Shown one piece after another: positions 39,445 through 49,794 of a DNA stretch of 64,000 nt (positions within the stretch are counted from its first letter, which is position 1; every line of letters begins with the position of its first letter). This DNA is from Candidatus Algichlamydia australiensis (GTDB lineage Bacteria > Chlamydiota > Chlamydiia > Chlamydiales > JAJFMI01). The notes under the pieces are model-generated. The model was not told the origin of the DNA. It made no database searches and saw only the letters and a program-made list of their open reading frames with translations. The stretch spans positions 128,001 to 192,000 of the forward strand of contig JAXCHI010000002.1 of assembly GCA_033977065.1 (NCBI GenBank). Reading direction: 5' to 3'. A program made the position numbers and the translations under genes.

Positions 39445-42400
39445 TTATTGACAGCTCTCGCATCCCTCTTCGAGATTGCATACTGGTACATCTACTTTTT
39501 CAGCGCGATCAACTTTGACGCGGGCAGAGGGGGATTCGCTCTTCATCCAGCGCGGTTGCAGTCCGCGTTTATTGATGTCTGTTGTAGATTTTTCTACTTG
39601 CGTGGCTCCAAGTGTACGCAGATAGTAGGTTGTTTTCAAGCCGCGTTTCCACGCTAACATGTACATCTGGTGCAGTTTTTTTCCACTCGGTTCACCCATG
39701 AAGAGATTGAGGGATTGGCCCATATCAATCCATTTTTGACGACGCGAGCCACACTCGATAATCCATTCGGGATCAATCTCAAAACAAGTCGCAAAGAGTT
39801 GTTTAACATCATCTGGAATGCGCTCAATTTCACTGATGACGCCATCAAAATATTTTAGATCATCCAGCATCTCTTCATCCCAGAGGTTCATTGACTTCAA
39901 CTTTTCAATGAGGTGGGTGTTAGGTACTGTAAACTCACCAGAGAGGTTGGATTTAGCAAAAAGATGCTTGTAGGTCGGCTCAATGGTAGGAGTGACTCCA
40001 GCAATATTGGAAATCGTTGCTGTTGGAGCGATAGCCATTGTATTGGAGTTGCGCATACCAAATTGCTTGATATGGTTGCGTACGGGTTGCCAATCCATGC
40101 GAGTCGTGCGATCTACTTCAAAGTTGCCGCCACGCTCTTTTTCAACTAAGTCAAGGGTGTCGATTGGAAGAAGACCACGATCCCATTTTGACCCCTTGAA
40201 ACTTTCGTAGGCTCCACGCTCTTTTGCTAGCTCACTGGAGGAGAGGATAGCGTAGTAGGAGATCATCTCTTGACTCTTATCAGCAAACTCAACGGCTTCA
40301 TGTGAGGCAAAAGAGATCTCTTGCATGTAGAGCGCATCTTGGAAGCCCATTACGCCAAGACCGATAGGACGGTGGCGTGCATTGGCATTTTTGGTTTCTG
40401 GAATGGGGTAGAAATTGATGTCGATCACATTATCAAGCATGCGAATTGCGGTGCGCACAGTTTTGGCAAGACGCTCTTCATTGATACCTTGGGGTGTGGT
40501 GTGTTTAGCAAGGTTGACAGAGCCAAGGTTGCAGACAGCTGTCTCTTTATCAGAGGTATTTAAAAGAATCTCTGTACAGAGGTTGGAGCAGTGCACGACG
40601 CCTTCGTGATCTTGTGGAGAGCGGATGTTTGAGGGATCTTTGAACGTGATCCAGGGGTGGCCTGTTTCAAAGAGCATGCTGAGCATTTTTCGCCAGAGGG
40701 TCATCGCTTCCATTGTTTTGAAGCTGCGAATTTTTCCTTCTGCTGCCATCTTCTCGTACTCCTCATAGCGTTTTTCAAACGCTGCACCATAAAGATCGTG
40801 TAGATCGGAGACTTCATCAGGACTAAAGAGCGTCCAGTTACCATTTTCTGCCAAGCGTTTCATGAAAAGATCGGGAATCCAGTTGGCAGTATTCATGTCG
40901 TGGCAGCGGCGACGCTCATCACCCGTATTTTTGCGTAGTTCTAGGAAATCTTCGATGTCAAGGTGCCACGTTTCCAGGTAACAACAGCTCGTACCTTTGC
41001 GTTTCCCGCCCTGGTTTACAGCTACAGTGGTGTCATTCACAATTTTTAAGAAGGGGACAACGCCCTGGCTCTGACCATTGGTGCCTTTGATACGGGCTCC
41101 GGTGGCGCGTACATTGGTCCAGTCGTTGCCGATACCGCCGGCCCATTTTGCTAGCTGCGCATTATCGGAAATCACTTTAAAGATGTGCACGAGATCATCG
41201 TAGACAGTGCCGAGGAAGCAAGAGGAGAGCTGCGAGTGGTTGGTACCGGAGTTAAAGAGAGTAGGTGTTGAAGAGACAAAGTAAAACTGTGAAAGCAGAT
41301 TGTAAAACTCAATTGCACGCTCGGTTTTTTTCTCTTCGCGAATGGCAAGACCCATTGCTACACGCATCCAGAAGACTTGTGGCGTTTCAATGCGGCGTCC
41401 CTCATCGTGAATGAAGTAGCGATCGTAGAGCGTTTGAATCCCCAAGTAAGTGAAAAGAAGATCATTTTTTAGGTCCATCGCTTCAGCTAAGCGATCGAGA
41501 TCAAAATCTAAAAGTTCTTCTGAAACACGATGGATGCTAATGCCGTGCTTGATATACTTTTTCAAGTAATCTTTGTGCTCTTTAATCAGTCGTGGGTCGC
41601 TGGCAGAGACGCCGATTGTTTCGCGATAAATCTGGTCAAGAAGAAGTCTGGCGGAGGCAAATGAGTAGTTAGGATCGACTTCAATTTTGGCTCGTGTTGC
41701 CATAATAAGAGCTGTATCGATCTCCTCCTCTTTAATCCCTTCGTAGAAGTTGAGAGTGGTATTGTGCACAAGAAGGTCGACATCAACATCTTTCAAGTCA
41801 CGACAAGCAAACTGTAAGCGTCTTCTAATTTCTGATTCGGTAAGCTGCTTCTCTTTGCCCTCACGATCCGTGTAAGTGAAATATTTCTCTTCTTTGATCT
41901 CTCTTTCTGCTGCAATTTCGGAGGGAGCTTTCTGTTGGCCCACCAATGATCTATAGAGAATGTACTCCTTAGCAACATCAAAATAGCCCTCATGCATCAA
42001 GGCATCTTCAATACTATCTTGGAGTTTGTGCAGTGTGAGCGTACCTCCCTCTTTCACAAGAAGCATCGCTTTTTCTACAACAATTTCTGTAAGGAGGTTG
42101 ACAGCTGAGATTACCTCTTCTGGTGAGGTTCCTTGGATATGGAATGTACGGTGAAAAGCTTTTTCAATTGAGGAGGCAATTTTAATCGGCTTAAAGCGCA
42201 CAGGAGCGGTGCTGCCTTCGCGGAAAATTTTAAGGTTTTCGGGAGAGTCTTCACGGATCTGTTTGTGGTGATCGCGGTAGATGATATAATCGCGAGCAAC
42301 ATCGTGATGGCCTTTCTTCATCAAAGTGACCTCAACTAAATCCTGAATCCCTTCTACAGTAATGGAGATGCCCTTTTGAGCGAGCTCTGTGATCTGTTCC

Positions 42401-42651
42401 ACAACAAGGTTTGTGAGATTTTCAATCGATTTTGCCACATCTTCTGGAAGAGGATTGGGGGTTGCGACTTTTTTCGTATCGCGAAACGCAAGCTCAATCG
42501 CTTTTAAGATCAGTTCTTTATGAAAGGGAACAATCGTACCATTACGTTTGACCACCGTAAATGTGGTGATCGTACCTTTTTTCATGCTGCCCGCAATTTT
42601 ACTAATCAGTTTTTCTTTGGGCTCTCTTCCTGCTCTTTTTGTCTCTCTCAT
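39445..42651 (-). CDS. nrdA: Ribonucleotide reductase R1 subunit with multiple N-terminal ATP-cones
   Basis: VVKRNG ATP-cone, [36 protein letters not shown]-terminal CxxC. Confidence 0.97.
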   Translation of the reverse strand: MRETKRAGREPKEKLISKIAGSMKKGTITTFTVVKRNGTIVPFHKELILKAIELAFRDTKKVATPNPLPEDVAKSIENLTNLVVEQITELAQKGISITVEGIQDLVEVTLMKKGHHDVARDYIIYRDHHKQIREDSPENLKIFREGSTAPVRFKPIKIASSIEKAFHRTFHIQGTSPEEVISAVNLLTEIVVEKAMLLVKEGGTLTLHKLQDSIEDALMHEGYFDVAKEYILYRSLVGQQKAPSEIAAEREIKEEKYFTYTDREGKEKQLTESEIRRRLQFACRDLKDVDVDLLVHNTTLNFYEGIKEEEIDTALIMATRAKIEVDPNYSFASARLLLDQIYRETIGVSASDPRLIKEHKDYLKKYIKHGISIHRVSEELLDFDLDRLAEAMDLKNDLLFTYLGIQTLYDRYFIHDEGRRIETPQVFWMRVAMGLAIREEKKTERAIEFYNLLSQFYFVSSTPTLFNSGTNHSQLSSCFLGTVYDDLVHIFKVISDNAQLAKWAGGIGNDWTNVRATGARIKGTNGQSQGVVPFLKIVNDTTVAVNQGGKRKGTSCCYLETWHLDIEDFLELRKNTGDERRRCHDMNTANWIPDLFMKRLAENGNWTLFSPDEVSDLHDLYGAAFEKRYEEYEKMAAEGKIRSFKTMEAMTLWRKMLSMLFETGHPWITFKDPSNIRSPQDHEGVVHCSNLCTEILLNTSDKETAVCNLGSVNLAKHTTPQGINEERLAKTVRTAIRMLDNVIDINFYPIPETKNANARHRPIGLGVMGFQDALYMQEISFASHEAVEFADKSQEMISYYAILSSSELAKERGAYESFKGSKWDRGLLPIDTLDLVEKERGGNFEVDRTTRMDWQPVRNHIKQFGMRNSNTMAIAPTATISNIAGVTPTIEPTYKHLFAKSNLSGEFTVPNTHLIEKLKSMNLWDEEMLDDLKYFDGVISEIERIPDDVKQLFATCFEIDPEWIIECGSRRQKWIDMGQSLNLFMGEPSGKKLHQMYMLAWKRGLKTTYYLRTLGATQVEKSTTDINKRGLQPRWMKSESPSARVKVDRAEKVDVPVCNLEEGCESCQ

Positions 42652-42665
42652 ATTTCTCCTCGAAT

Positions 42666-42712
42666 TACCATATATTGTGGTTATAACCTTTCCATTACAC
42701 TATATATTGTAG
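42666..42712. promoter_or_regulatory. Tandem NrdR boxes upstream of nrdA
   Basis: taccatatattgtggt (42666-42681) and acactatatattgtag (42697-42712), 31 bp apart, match acaCwAtATaTwGtg. Confidence 0.8.
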
Positions 42713-42805
42713 AACGATAGATTAAGTCTAGGAAAAAAATTCCTTCCTATGAACGCGTGTTTTGGCGTGACAAGAGTCTGTTTTTCTGTTATAAATGAAG
42801 TATGA

Positions 42806-42966
42806 GGAAACATTGAACAATTCATGTACCGCTATCTCGGCCGAGAAATTCTAAGAAACTGCATTTTCAATCTTCATCAACTTAATACAGTTGATTGCGA
42901 TCTCCAAATGAAGTTTTTTAGAATTTTCGGCTCGACCTACCGGCACAGCAACTGTTCAGTGTTTCC
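42806..42966. repeat. 161-bp long-hairpin element (family B1)
   Basis: ggaaacattgaac...gttcagtgtttcc; centre atcaacttaatacagttgat; followed by ctaa. Confidence 0.85.
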
Positions 42967-42970
42967 CTAA

Positions 42971-43132
42971 GGAGATACTGAATAACTGCTCTTTTCGAGA
43001 AGAGATCAAAAAATGAGGACAAATTGGTTTTGGAGAACGGAGCTAACTCCAATATGAGTTAGTGAGTTTGAAAAACCGATTTGGACCAATTTTTGATCCC
43101 TTATCGAGAAGTCTGAGTTATTCAATGTTTCC
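42971..43132. repeat. 162-bp long-hairpin element (family B2), tandem with the previous one
   Basis: ggagatactgaataac...gttattcaatgtttcc, flanked by ctaa on both sides; same termini as B1 but a different interior. Confidence 0.85.
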
Positions 43133-43152
43133 CTAAGAGAAGGATTAAAGTC

Positions 43153-43977
43153 ATGCGACAAGTCTATCTTGTTCCGAATATCATCACAGCATTTGGGCTC
43201 TCATGCGGTCTTTACGTAATCTTTAAGGCTAACCTTATTGGAGAAGACATGGGCATATATGGTGTACTTTTATCCTCCTCTCTTCTTTTGATTCTCGCTT
43301 CGTTTGCAGACTTTCTTGATGGAGCAGTTGCGCGTGTACTGCATGCAGAAAGCGAATTTGGATTGATGTTTGACTCCCTTTCCGATGCGATCACTTTTGG
43401 AGTAGCACCTTCAGTCCTCCTTGTGAAAAGTCTTTCACCAGAACTTGGCACGCCCCTTTCTTTCTTTGTTGTGTTAGGGGCGATGCTCTTTTCTCTCTGC
43501 GGCGTTTTGCGTCTTGTTCGCTACAATGTAAAAGCGGCAGAGAAAAAGGAAAAACCTAAAGAAGAAAAACCGAGTTTTACTGGCTTGCCTATTCCCTCTG
43601 CAGCTCTCGCTGCTCTCTCAATCAATCTCTTTCTTAACTCTCCAAAAGGAGAGCTCTGGTTTCCGATGAGCATGATGACAAAATCGATCGTTCTCACTCT
43701 TTGCACACTCTTTGTCGGCTGTCTGATGGTTTCCAAAATCAAATTTCCTAGCCTCAAAGCACTGCACATCCGTGTCCCATCCGTACACCTCCTCTTTGCA
43801 ACTGTGATCTTTGCCATATTTTTGCTCTACGGCATTCTCTACCAATTTACTCTTGTCTTTACGATCCTTACTTGGGGTTATATCTTCACAGCCCTCGCTC
43901 TTCTCGTTACGCATTATATCGTCGGTAAGCGCACAAATGCCCTCAAAGCTTTCGATCCCGACGACGAAGAGGAATAA
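43153..43977 (+). CDS. pssA: CDP-diacylglycerol--serine O-phosphatidyltransferase
   Basis: PNIITA, DFLDGAVAR...G..FDSLSDAITFGVAP CDP-alcohol motif, LRLVRYN, FTGLPIP. Confidence 0.93.
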   Translation: MRQVYLVPNIITAFGLSCGLYVIFKANLIGEDMGIYGVLLSSSLLLILASFADFLDGAVARVLHAESEFGLMFDSLSDAITFGVAPSVLLVKSLSPELGTPLSFFVVLGAMLFSLCGVLRLVRYNVKAAEKKEKPKEEKPSFTGLPIPSAALAALSINLFLNSPKGELWFPMSMMTKSIVLTLCTLFVGCLMVSKIKFPSLKALHIRVPSVHLLFATVIFAIFLLYGILYQFTLVFTILTWGYIFTALALLVTHYIVGKRTNALKAFDPDDEEE

Positions 43978-44026
43978 AAATTTTACTCTTATTTTGTAAA
44001 AAGAGAATTTTTGGTACAATATTCCC

Positions 44027-45157
44027 ATGAGTATTAAAGAATTTCCTTTAAATTTAGCGCTTCCTTCATTTGGACAAACGGCTTTCCTCTCCTGGGGGTT
44101 GTGTCAGCTTGGATTGAGTCATCTTCAATCTAGAAGTCCTTATATTCAAAATAAAATTGTAGACAGGCGTCACACACTTCATACTGTAAATTCTTTTATT
44201 AGCTATTCAACGCTCGCATTTTTTTCCTATCGAGTAGTGAATGTGATACAGTACGGCGAATCTTGGGGCGTCCTAGAACCAGTAAGAAAGCTATTCTGTG
44301 AATTCAGGAGCTCTCCATTTATTCAATCTTCTTATAAATCGACAGTAACACTCTCAGAAATGACTGAAAAAATCTGCAGGAATTATATTGGAAATGATTT
44401 AACTTTCTTTGCTGCTCTTATGCTAGGATCGTTTTTCTTTATGGCTGTTTCAGGAGTTATAATAACGGTTTCAATATTGGCAGTAACTCGTTTTCACACT
44501 GCATTGCAGGATATCTCTAAAAAAACGAATTCACGTTGCTTGCCTTCAGAGGGTTTTGAGGATGTAGAAGATAAGATAAGTGTGGAATGGATAAATTCCC
44601 CTTATCAAAATACGCTGCAGTTTGATCACTTGCTTTCTCTTGTTGCAACAGTTGCGTTTGCTGCTTTAGCCGAGCAAAAATGGGCATTTCTTGTATTAGT
44701 GGTAGCGCAGATTAGCGCGGTAGTTACTGTGGCAAAATGGAAAACATTAAAATTCTCTTCAAAAGAAATAGAGTTGGAGAAAGTGAATGAGGGGCCTCAA
44801 AAATGCAAATTTCACTATATTTTTCCGGTAATTGAGTCTGCATCAGCAGGTACATATTTTTGCACGAATCACGAATTTCCTTTAATTAAAATTGTAGAGT
44901 CAATTTGTCAACAGCTAAATAGAGCTAAAATTAAGATTAAAAATCGACATACAGACCATCATTGGGAATACAACAAATTTTTGTATGATCGTATTTCGTA
45001 CAAAGTGACCGTCGAAAACAAAAACCTTCCTAGATGTAAACATGAGTGCAAAGCGCCACCTCGAAATGTATTTAGTGTGCAATTTTTCGATCGCCATATA
45101 GATCAAAAAAGAAAAGTGTCAGAGGAGTGGATTCCGGCCCAAATCACAGTTGTATAG
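44027..45157 (+). CDS. Hypothetical membrane protein; cargo between two pssA 3' ends
   Basis: 376-aa ORF, several hydrophobic segments, Cys/His-containing C-terminus; TG-n-TACAAT promoter immediately upstream. Confidence 0.6.
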   Translation: MSIKEFPLNLALPSFGQTAFLSWGLCQLGLSHLQSRSPYIQNKIVDRRHTLHTVNSFISYSTLAFFSYRVVNVIQYGESWGVLEPVRKLFCEFRSSPFIQSSYKSTVTLSEMTEKICRNYIGNDLTFFAALMLGSFFFMAVSGVIITVSILAVTRFHTALQDISKKTNSRCLPSEGFEDVEDKISVEWINSPYQNTLQFDHLLSLVATVAFAALAEQKWAFLVLVVAQISAVVTVAKWKTLKFSSKEIELEKVNEGPQKCKFHYIFPVIESASAGTYFCTNHEFPLIKIVESICQQLNRAKIKIKNRHTDHHWEYNKFLYDRISYKVTVENKNLPRCKHECKAPPRNVFSVQFFDRHIDQKRKVSEEWIPAQITVV

Positions 45158-45236
45158 GGGATACTGAATAAAGAACCCATCCTGGTAAACAAGTTTTTGT
45201 CACTTTCTCTTATTTTGTCCAGTACTGAGATTTAAA

Positions 45237-45353
45237 ACTATTCTCACTTGGGGCTACATCTTCACAGCACTCTGCCTCCTCATCACACATTACATTGTGG
45301 GCAAACGCACCGATGCCCTCAAAGCTTTTGATCCTGACGACGAAGAGGAATAG
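45237..45353 (+). pseudogene. Orphan second copy of the last 38 codons plus stop of pssA
   Basis: Translates TILTWGYIFTALCLLITHYIVGKRTDALKAFDPDDEEE*, collinear with 43861-43977. Confidence 0.9.
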
Positions 45354-45356
45354 TAT

Positions 45357-46271
45357 TTACAGAGACTTAAGGGAAGTTTTGTAGAAGAATTGCGCTTGCT
45401 CATTTAGGGCTTTTTCGTCGCTTTCAAACGTATGGAATGAGTGCACCATATCGGCGTAAAAGAAAAAGTCATAGAACTCGCGCGTAGATGTTGGAATCTC
45501 TACAGTGTAGTTTGTATCAAAAATTTCCATTAATTCTGCAATTTGCGCTTTTGTAAGTCCGCAGTATTCTGCTTCCAATTTAATGTAGTTCCGGGCGTAG
45601 ATCGCATCGCGCGCTAGCGGTCCACCGCGATCGCGCTGTAGCGAGGGGGCCATGCTCACAAGATCGATCATGATCAGCTGATCATTTTGATCATCATAAA
45701 AGAGATTTCCAGGGTGGGGATCCCCATGAATCACAGCTGGAGCTAAGGTTTCTTTTTCCATTGCTGCTTTAAGGCGGTCGAATTTCTTTCGGACTCTGCG
45801 TGAGGTAAGGAGCTTAACTCCCTCTTCAATCCTCTCCTGCTGCTTGAGATAGGAGTTGGGAACTTTTTTCTTATATGTGTTTGTTTTGCTATGCAGTTCT
45901 GAAAAGCTTAAAGCCGTTTTGCGTACGGCACGCTTGAGGAGTTCAAAGTCAGAGTTGTGGATCAGTTCGCTTAATTGCCTGCCATGTGCTGGAGTCATAG
46001 TAAGAAGGTTTCTTTCCGTAGAAATATTAAGAATTTGGGGGGCTGAAAAGTTTTCATAGGAAGTGTGAGCAAGATATTCGAGCGCTTTTTTCTCTTTGAG
46101 TAGCGTTTTAGTGGCGTCATATTTTTTGGTAACCGCAATGCACTGACCGTTAGCGCCTGTCTGAAAGAAAACCTCCGAATTAAATCCTACACTGGTAAGA
46201 TCAAGATGCGTCGGGGCTCCGCATAGGAGGGAGGCAAATAGAGTGAGAATTATAGTTACATTTTTAAACAT
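45357..46271 (-). CDS. Aminoglycoside/choline kinase-like phosphotransferase with signal peptide
   Basis: IHGDPHPGNLF and MIDL motifs; N-terminal MFKNVTIILTLFASLLCG. Confidence 0.75.
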   Translation of the reverse strand: MFKNVTIILTLFASLLCGAPTHLDLTSVGFNSEVFFQTGANGQCIAVTKKYDATKTLLKEKKALEYLAHTSYENFSAPQILNISTERNLLTMTPAHGRQLSELIHNSDFELLKRAVRKTALSFSELHSKTNTYKKKVPNSYLKQQERIEEGVKLLTSRRVRKKFDRLKAAMEKETLAPAVIHGDPHPGNLFYDDQNDQLIMIDLVSMAPSLQRDRGGPLARDAIYARNYIKLEAEYCGLTKAQIAELMEIFDTNYTVEIPTSTREFYDFFFYADMVHSFHTFESDEKALNEQAQFFYKTSLKSL

Positions 46272-46309
46272 TTTTAACTATTATAAACCTTTTTATTATT
46301 AAATTCTAT

Positions 46310-47449
46310 ATGGTAATTTTAATTTTATCTTTGTTATTAGGAATTTTTGGAATTCTTCTTTTATTAAAAGAGAAAAAAGTCATTGAGCTTAAAGCGGAGC
46401 TTAAGGGGAGTCAGGAGCGCGAGCGCTTTTTGCAGGAGACGAAGGAGGAAATGCAGCATACGTTTAAGTCTTTATCTTCTGATGCGCTTGAGAAAAACAA
46501 TCGCTCATTTATGCAGCTTGCGGGGCAGATGGTTGAGCCGATGAAGGAGTCGCTCGGCAAGTTGGATAAAGGCATGCGCGAGATAGAAAAAGAGCGCAAA
46601 GGAGAGCACGCCTCGCTAAAGACGCAGATGGAACATCTGGCCCAGTCAGAAAAAGAATTAAAACGCGAAACAGAGCGGTTGGTACGAGCTCTTAAGCGTC
46701 CAGGTCAGCTAGGAAAGTGGGGTGAATTACAGCTCCGGCGTGTTGTCGAACTTGCAGGCTTAAAAAAACATTGCGATTTTGTGGAGCAGAAGACAATTGA
46801 TGTTGGGGGGAATAAGATTCGTCCTGATCTGATTGTACAGCTACCGGGAGAAAAGCAGATCATCGTCGATTCCAAAGCGCCCTTTGACGCCTATCTGGAA
46901 GCGATGGAGACAGAAGAAGAGGGAGTGCGCGCTCTTAAGCTCAAAGAACATGCCAAAGCGATTCGTCACCATGTTATGGACCTAAGCAAGAGAAAATATT
47001 TTGAGTCAGTCACACTCTCGCCGGAGTTTGTTGTTCTTTTTCTTCCTTCGGAAGGATTTTTTAGCGCTGCATTGGAAGTTGACCCTGGTTTGATGGAGAT
47101 GGGGCTTGATCAAGGAGTGATTCTTTCAACACCCACAACACTGATCGCGCTGCTGCGCTCAGTTGCATATGGTTGGAAACAGGAAGCCATTGCAAATAGT
47201 GTGCAAGAAGTTTCTAAGTTGGGGCATGAGCTTTATAAGAGAATTTCTGACATGAACACGCACTTTGCCAAGCTAGGTCGCCAGTTACAAAGCTCTGTCG
47301 ACGCGTATAACAGTGCGATGGGGTCCTATGAGTCGCGCGTATTGGTCAGTGCAAGACGTTTTCAAGAGCTTGGTGCCGCGTCAAAAGAGCGCGAGTTAAC
47401 AGAATTAATGCAGATTGATAAAAGTACACGCCAATTAGATCAGCGCTAA
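46310..47449 (+). CDS. rmuC: DNA recombination protein RmuC
   Basis: GKWGELQLRRVVE, RPD, VDSKAP, PEFVVLFLPSE, TPTTLIALL. Confidence 0.95.
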   Translation: MVILILSLLLGIFGILLLLKEKKVIELKAELKGSQERERFLQETKEEMQHTFKSLSSDALEKNNRSFMQLAGQMVEPMKESLGKLDKGMREIEKERKGEHASLKTQMEHLAQSEKELKRETERLVRALKRPGQLGKWGELQLRRVVELAGLKKHCDFVEQKTIDVGGNKIRPDLIVQLPGEKQIIVDSKAPFDAYLEAMETEEEGVRALKLKEHAKAIRHHVMDLSKRKYFESVTLSPEFVVLFLPSEGFFSAALEVDPGLMEMGLDQGVILSTPTTLIALLRSVAYGWKQEAIANSVQEVSKLGHELYKRISDMNTHFAKLGRQLQSSVDAYNSAMGSYESRVLVSARRFQELGAASKERELTELMQIDKSTRQLDQR

Positions 47450-48211
47450 GTTTTCAATCCAATCGTCGGGCACGCGCGCTTTTTTACGATTATTGATCTG
47501 GTACACATGTCCTTTTGCGCGCTTGGGAATAAGGTGCTCAGGAAGAGCTTTCCTCCAGGCATCCCACTCAGAAAGCTCTTTGGATTTAAATCGCTTTAGC
47601 CACTGCATACCAAAGGAGACATGACCAATCTCGTCGCGTAAAATTTGTGCCATGAGTTCGGCTGATTCATGATCACCAAACCGTTCAAAATTTTTGCCGT
47701 AGTTGGGAGCAAAGTCTAGGTTGGCCATTTCAAAAGTCAAGCTCATCACACTCACATATTTAATTGGCGAGGTGAGGTGGCGCACCTGACGCCAAAAGTG
47801 TTCATAAAGGGGCATTGAGCCAAACTCTACACCCATCTGTTTTAATCTATCACAGTAGATACGCACATGTTCTTGCTCCTCTTTTAAAGTATTTGCCAGT
47901 CCCTTACGAAATGCTTTGGGAGCATCTGGAAAAGCAAGAAGAGCTTGGGCCATAATCTCTACAGCAAGTAATTCATGACCACAAAAGCGGTGAAGGCAGA
48001 TGGCGCGATTATCAGCACTTTTATGTTCGTGAAGGGGAGGAAGTTTATCCTCCTTAGTGCGGGTAGAAAATTCCATCCCTACGGGGCGAGACGGTTTGTC
48101 AAAAAGAAGAGAGGGGCCGGGAGTCTCATCTGTTAAAACCTCTGGAGTAAGAAGTTTCTCCTCCAGAGTTTTTGCAGATAAGATGCGCTCGGCCCATATG
48201 CGAAGTTCCAC
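47435..48211 (-). CDS. Ferritin-like protein (DUF455 family)
   Basis: LHRFCGHELLAVE, EEQEH, EMANLD, DEIGHV diiron motifs. Confidence 0.8.
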   Translation of the reverse strand: MELRIWAERILSAKTLEEKLLTPEVLTDETPGPSLLFDKPSRPVGMEFSTRTKEDKLPPLHEHKSADNRAICLHRFCGHELLAVEIMAQALLAFPDAPKAFRKGLANTLKEEQEHVRIYCDRLKQMGVEFGSMPLYEHFWRQVRHLTSPIKYVSVMSLTFEMANLDFAPNYGKNFERFGDHESAELMAQILRDEIGHVSFGMQWLKRFKSKELSEWDAWRKALPEHLIPKRAKGHVYQINNRKKARVPDDWIENLALI

Positions 48212-48213
48212 AC

Positions 48214-49365
48214 CTATTCGCTGTCGAGAACGTAGTAGGCAGGAAAGGCAAAATTATTGTTTGGTCTTTCCGAGACTTGGAGATTCACCCTTTTTCCAAT
48301 CAAATTCTCTAAATTGATGTGAGTGCTATAAACGCACCCAACTGGTATGCCATTCTCTTTCAAAATATGGCTCCCTGGTTTATTTCCAACAGGATCAGAA
48401 AAGAGCTCAAGTACACCTGAAATAAATTTTGCGTTGAGCTTCTGATCAGTGTAGTAGTCATCCATGGTTTTGGCATGGTGCATAGCAGACCAGGAAATAA
48501 AGATTGCTTCCTCTACTTTCTCCCAAACTTTTGTTCTTTCAGGACAGGCATTTTGCATAGATACATCGTTTTGCTTAGCAGAAGCGATTGCGTCATGAGA
48601 GAACTTATTGGAGAGGTTATCGTTCTTTGCTTTGAGATAAGCAATTTGACGATTTTGGTAGTCCTTTTCTAATTCATTTAAAAGGTTTTTTGCTTTTTCA
48701 ACAGCTCCGGGAAAGTCGACGTAGTCATTGATGACAGTAAGGTAAGTATTTTTGATGCGGGCGATATTAATCTCTTCAAAAGACTTGTGCATCTCAGACT
48801 GTGTGAGAAGAGCGGCTGAATCCATCAGCTGCTTCATCGTCGCGTAACGCTTATCTTGAACAGCCTTATACTCAGGACCGCCGGCATACTCTACAAATTC
48901 TTTTGCAATGTAGAAAACTGTATTTTCTGGGGGAGCAATTTCCAGCCACTTTCCATTGCGCTCGCAAATTTTTCCATCAACACGAGTGCCTGAATTGACA
49001 TGCCCTACAACAGGAGCTTCTAAAGAAGGCTCGAGGCGTACATTGACACGATTTCCTTCTACAATGTTATCGAGAACAAAGCTGCGAAAAATATAGGCTT
49101 TGCTGTTTGTTGGAGGAGCAACTTTGTAAAAGTCATTTTTTTCTCCTACAACAACAAAGAGATCGCCTTTGTTATATTCACCAACAATGGAGCTTTCAAG
49201 CTCGGGAGCTGTGCGCAAACGTACGTGGCTTCCTACAACTTTTCCTGAAAAACTTTTAAATTCTTTCTGCTGACGAGCAGGAAGGGTTTTGCTGGCGTTA
49301 TTCTCTTCTGCTTTGGCAGCTGTTAGAGAGAAAAGCGCGCACCCAACAAAGACATACTTAAACAT
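48214..49365 (-). CDS. Secreted protein with two bacterial SH3 domains (CT017-like)
   Basis: Signal peptide; HVRLRTAP and RVNVRLEP SH3b repeats; C-terminal RPNNNFAFPAYYV. Confidence 0.8.
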   Translation of the reverse strand: MFKYVFVGCALFSLTAAKAEENNASKTLPARQQKEFKSFSGKVVGSHVRLRTAPELESSIVGEYNKGDLFVVVGEKNDFYKVAPPTNSKAYIFRSFVLDNIVEGNRVNVRLEPSLEAPVVGHVNSGTRVDGKICERNGKWLEIAPPENTVFYIAKEFVEYAGGPEYKAVQDKRYATMKQLMDSAALLTQSEMHKSFEEINIARIKNTYLTVINDYVDFPGAVEKAKNLLNELEKDYQNRQIAYLKAKNDNLSNKFSHDAIASAKQNDVSMQNACPERTKVWEKVEEAIFISWSAMHHAKTMDDYYTDQKLNAKFISGVLELFSDPVGNKPGSHILKENGIPVGCVYSTHINLENLIGKRVNLQVSERPNNNFAFPAYYVLDSE

Positions 49366-49480
49366 AGCCGCGACTCCTAAATGATCATTTACTCCAGAGT
49401 TTAGTTTTTTTCGCTTTTTGTTTCCATATGAAAATAATTCCTTTGTCGCTGTATCTTTAACACAGGATTTTTAAATTTAA

Positions 49481-49646
49481 AAAACCCGAGTTGCTACCCC
49501 CTTCCCCCTTTGGAGAGTGCCTTTTCGCGACCTACTTAACTTCAACTCTCAGAAATGTTTATTAAACATTCCCTTCGAGTTGAAATTAAGTATCCCATCA
49601 AAAATCCTTCTCTCCATAGGAGAAATTGGGTAGCAATTCGAGTTTT
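49481..49646. repeat. 166-bp long-hairpin element (family A)
   Basis: aaaacccgagttgctaccc...gggtagcaattcgagtttt; homologous to 58503-58668. Confidence 0.88.
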
Positions 49647-49794
49647 AAAAAAAGAGAGGAGTATGGCTGGTCAAACTACTCTTATTCGGCATGAAGGCGG
49701 GACTCAAAATGGAGCTAAAGATGGCTCGCATGTTAGAAGCTAGAGTATTGATTGCATAGCCCCAAAAACACCTTACAGTGTAAAACTCAAGTTG

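Noticed and set aside
49555..49743. 62-aa ORF MFIKHSLRVEIK
   Set aside because: Starts inside the family A hairpin; most likely a by-product of the repeat
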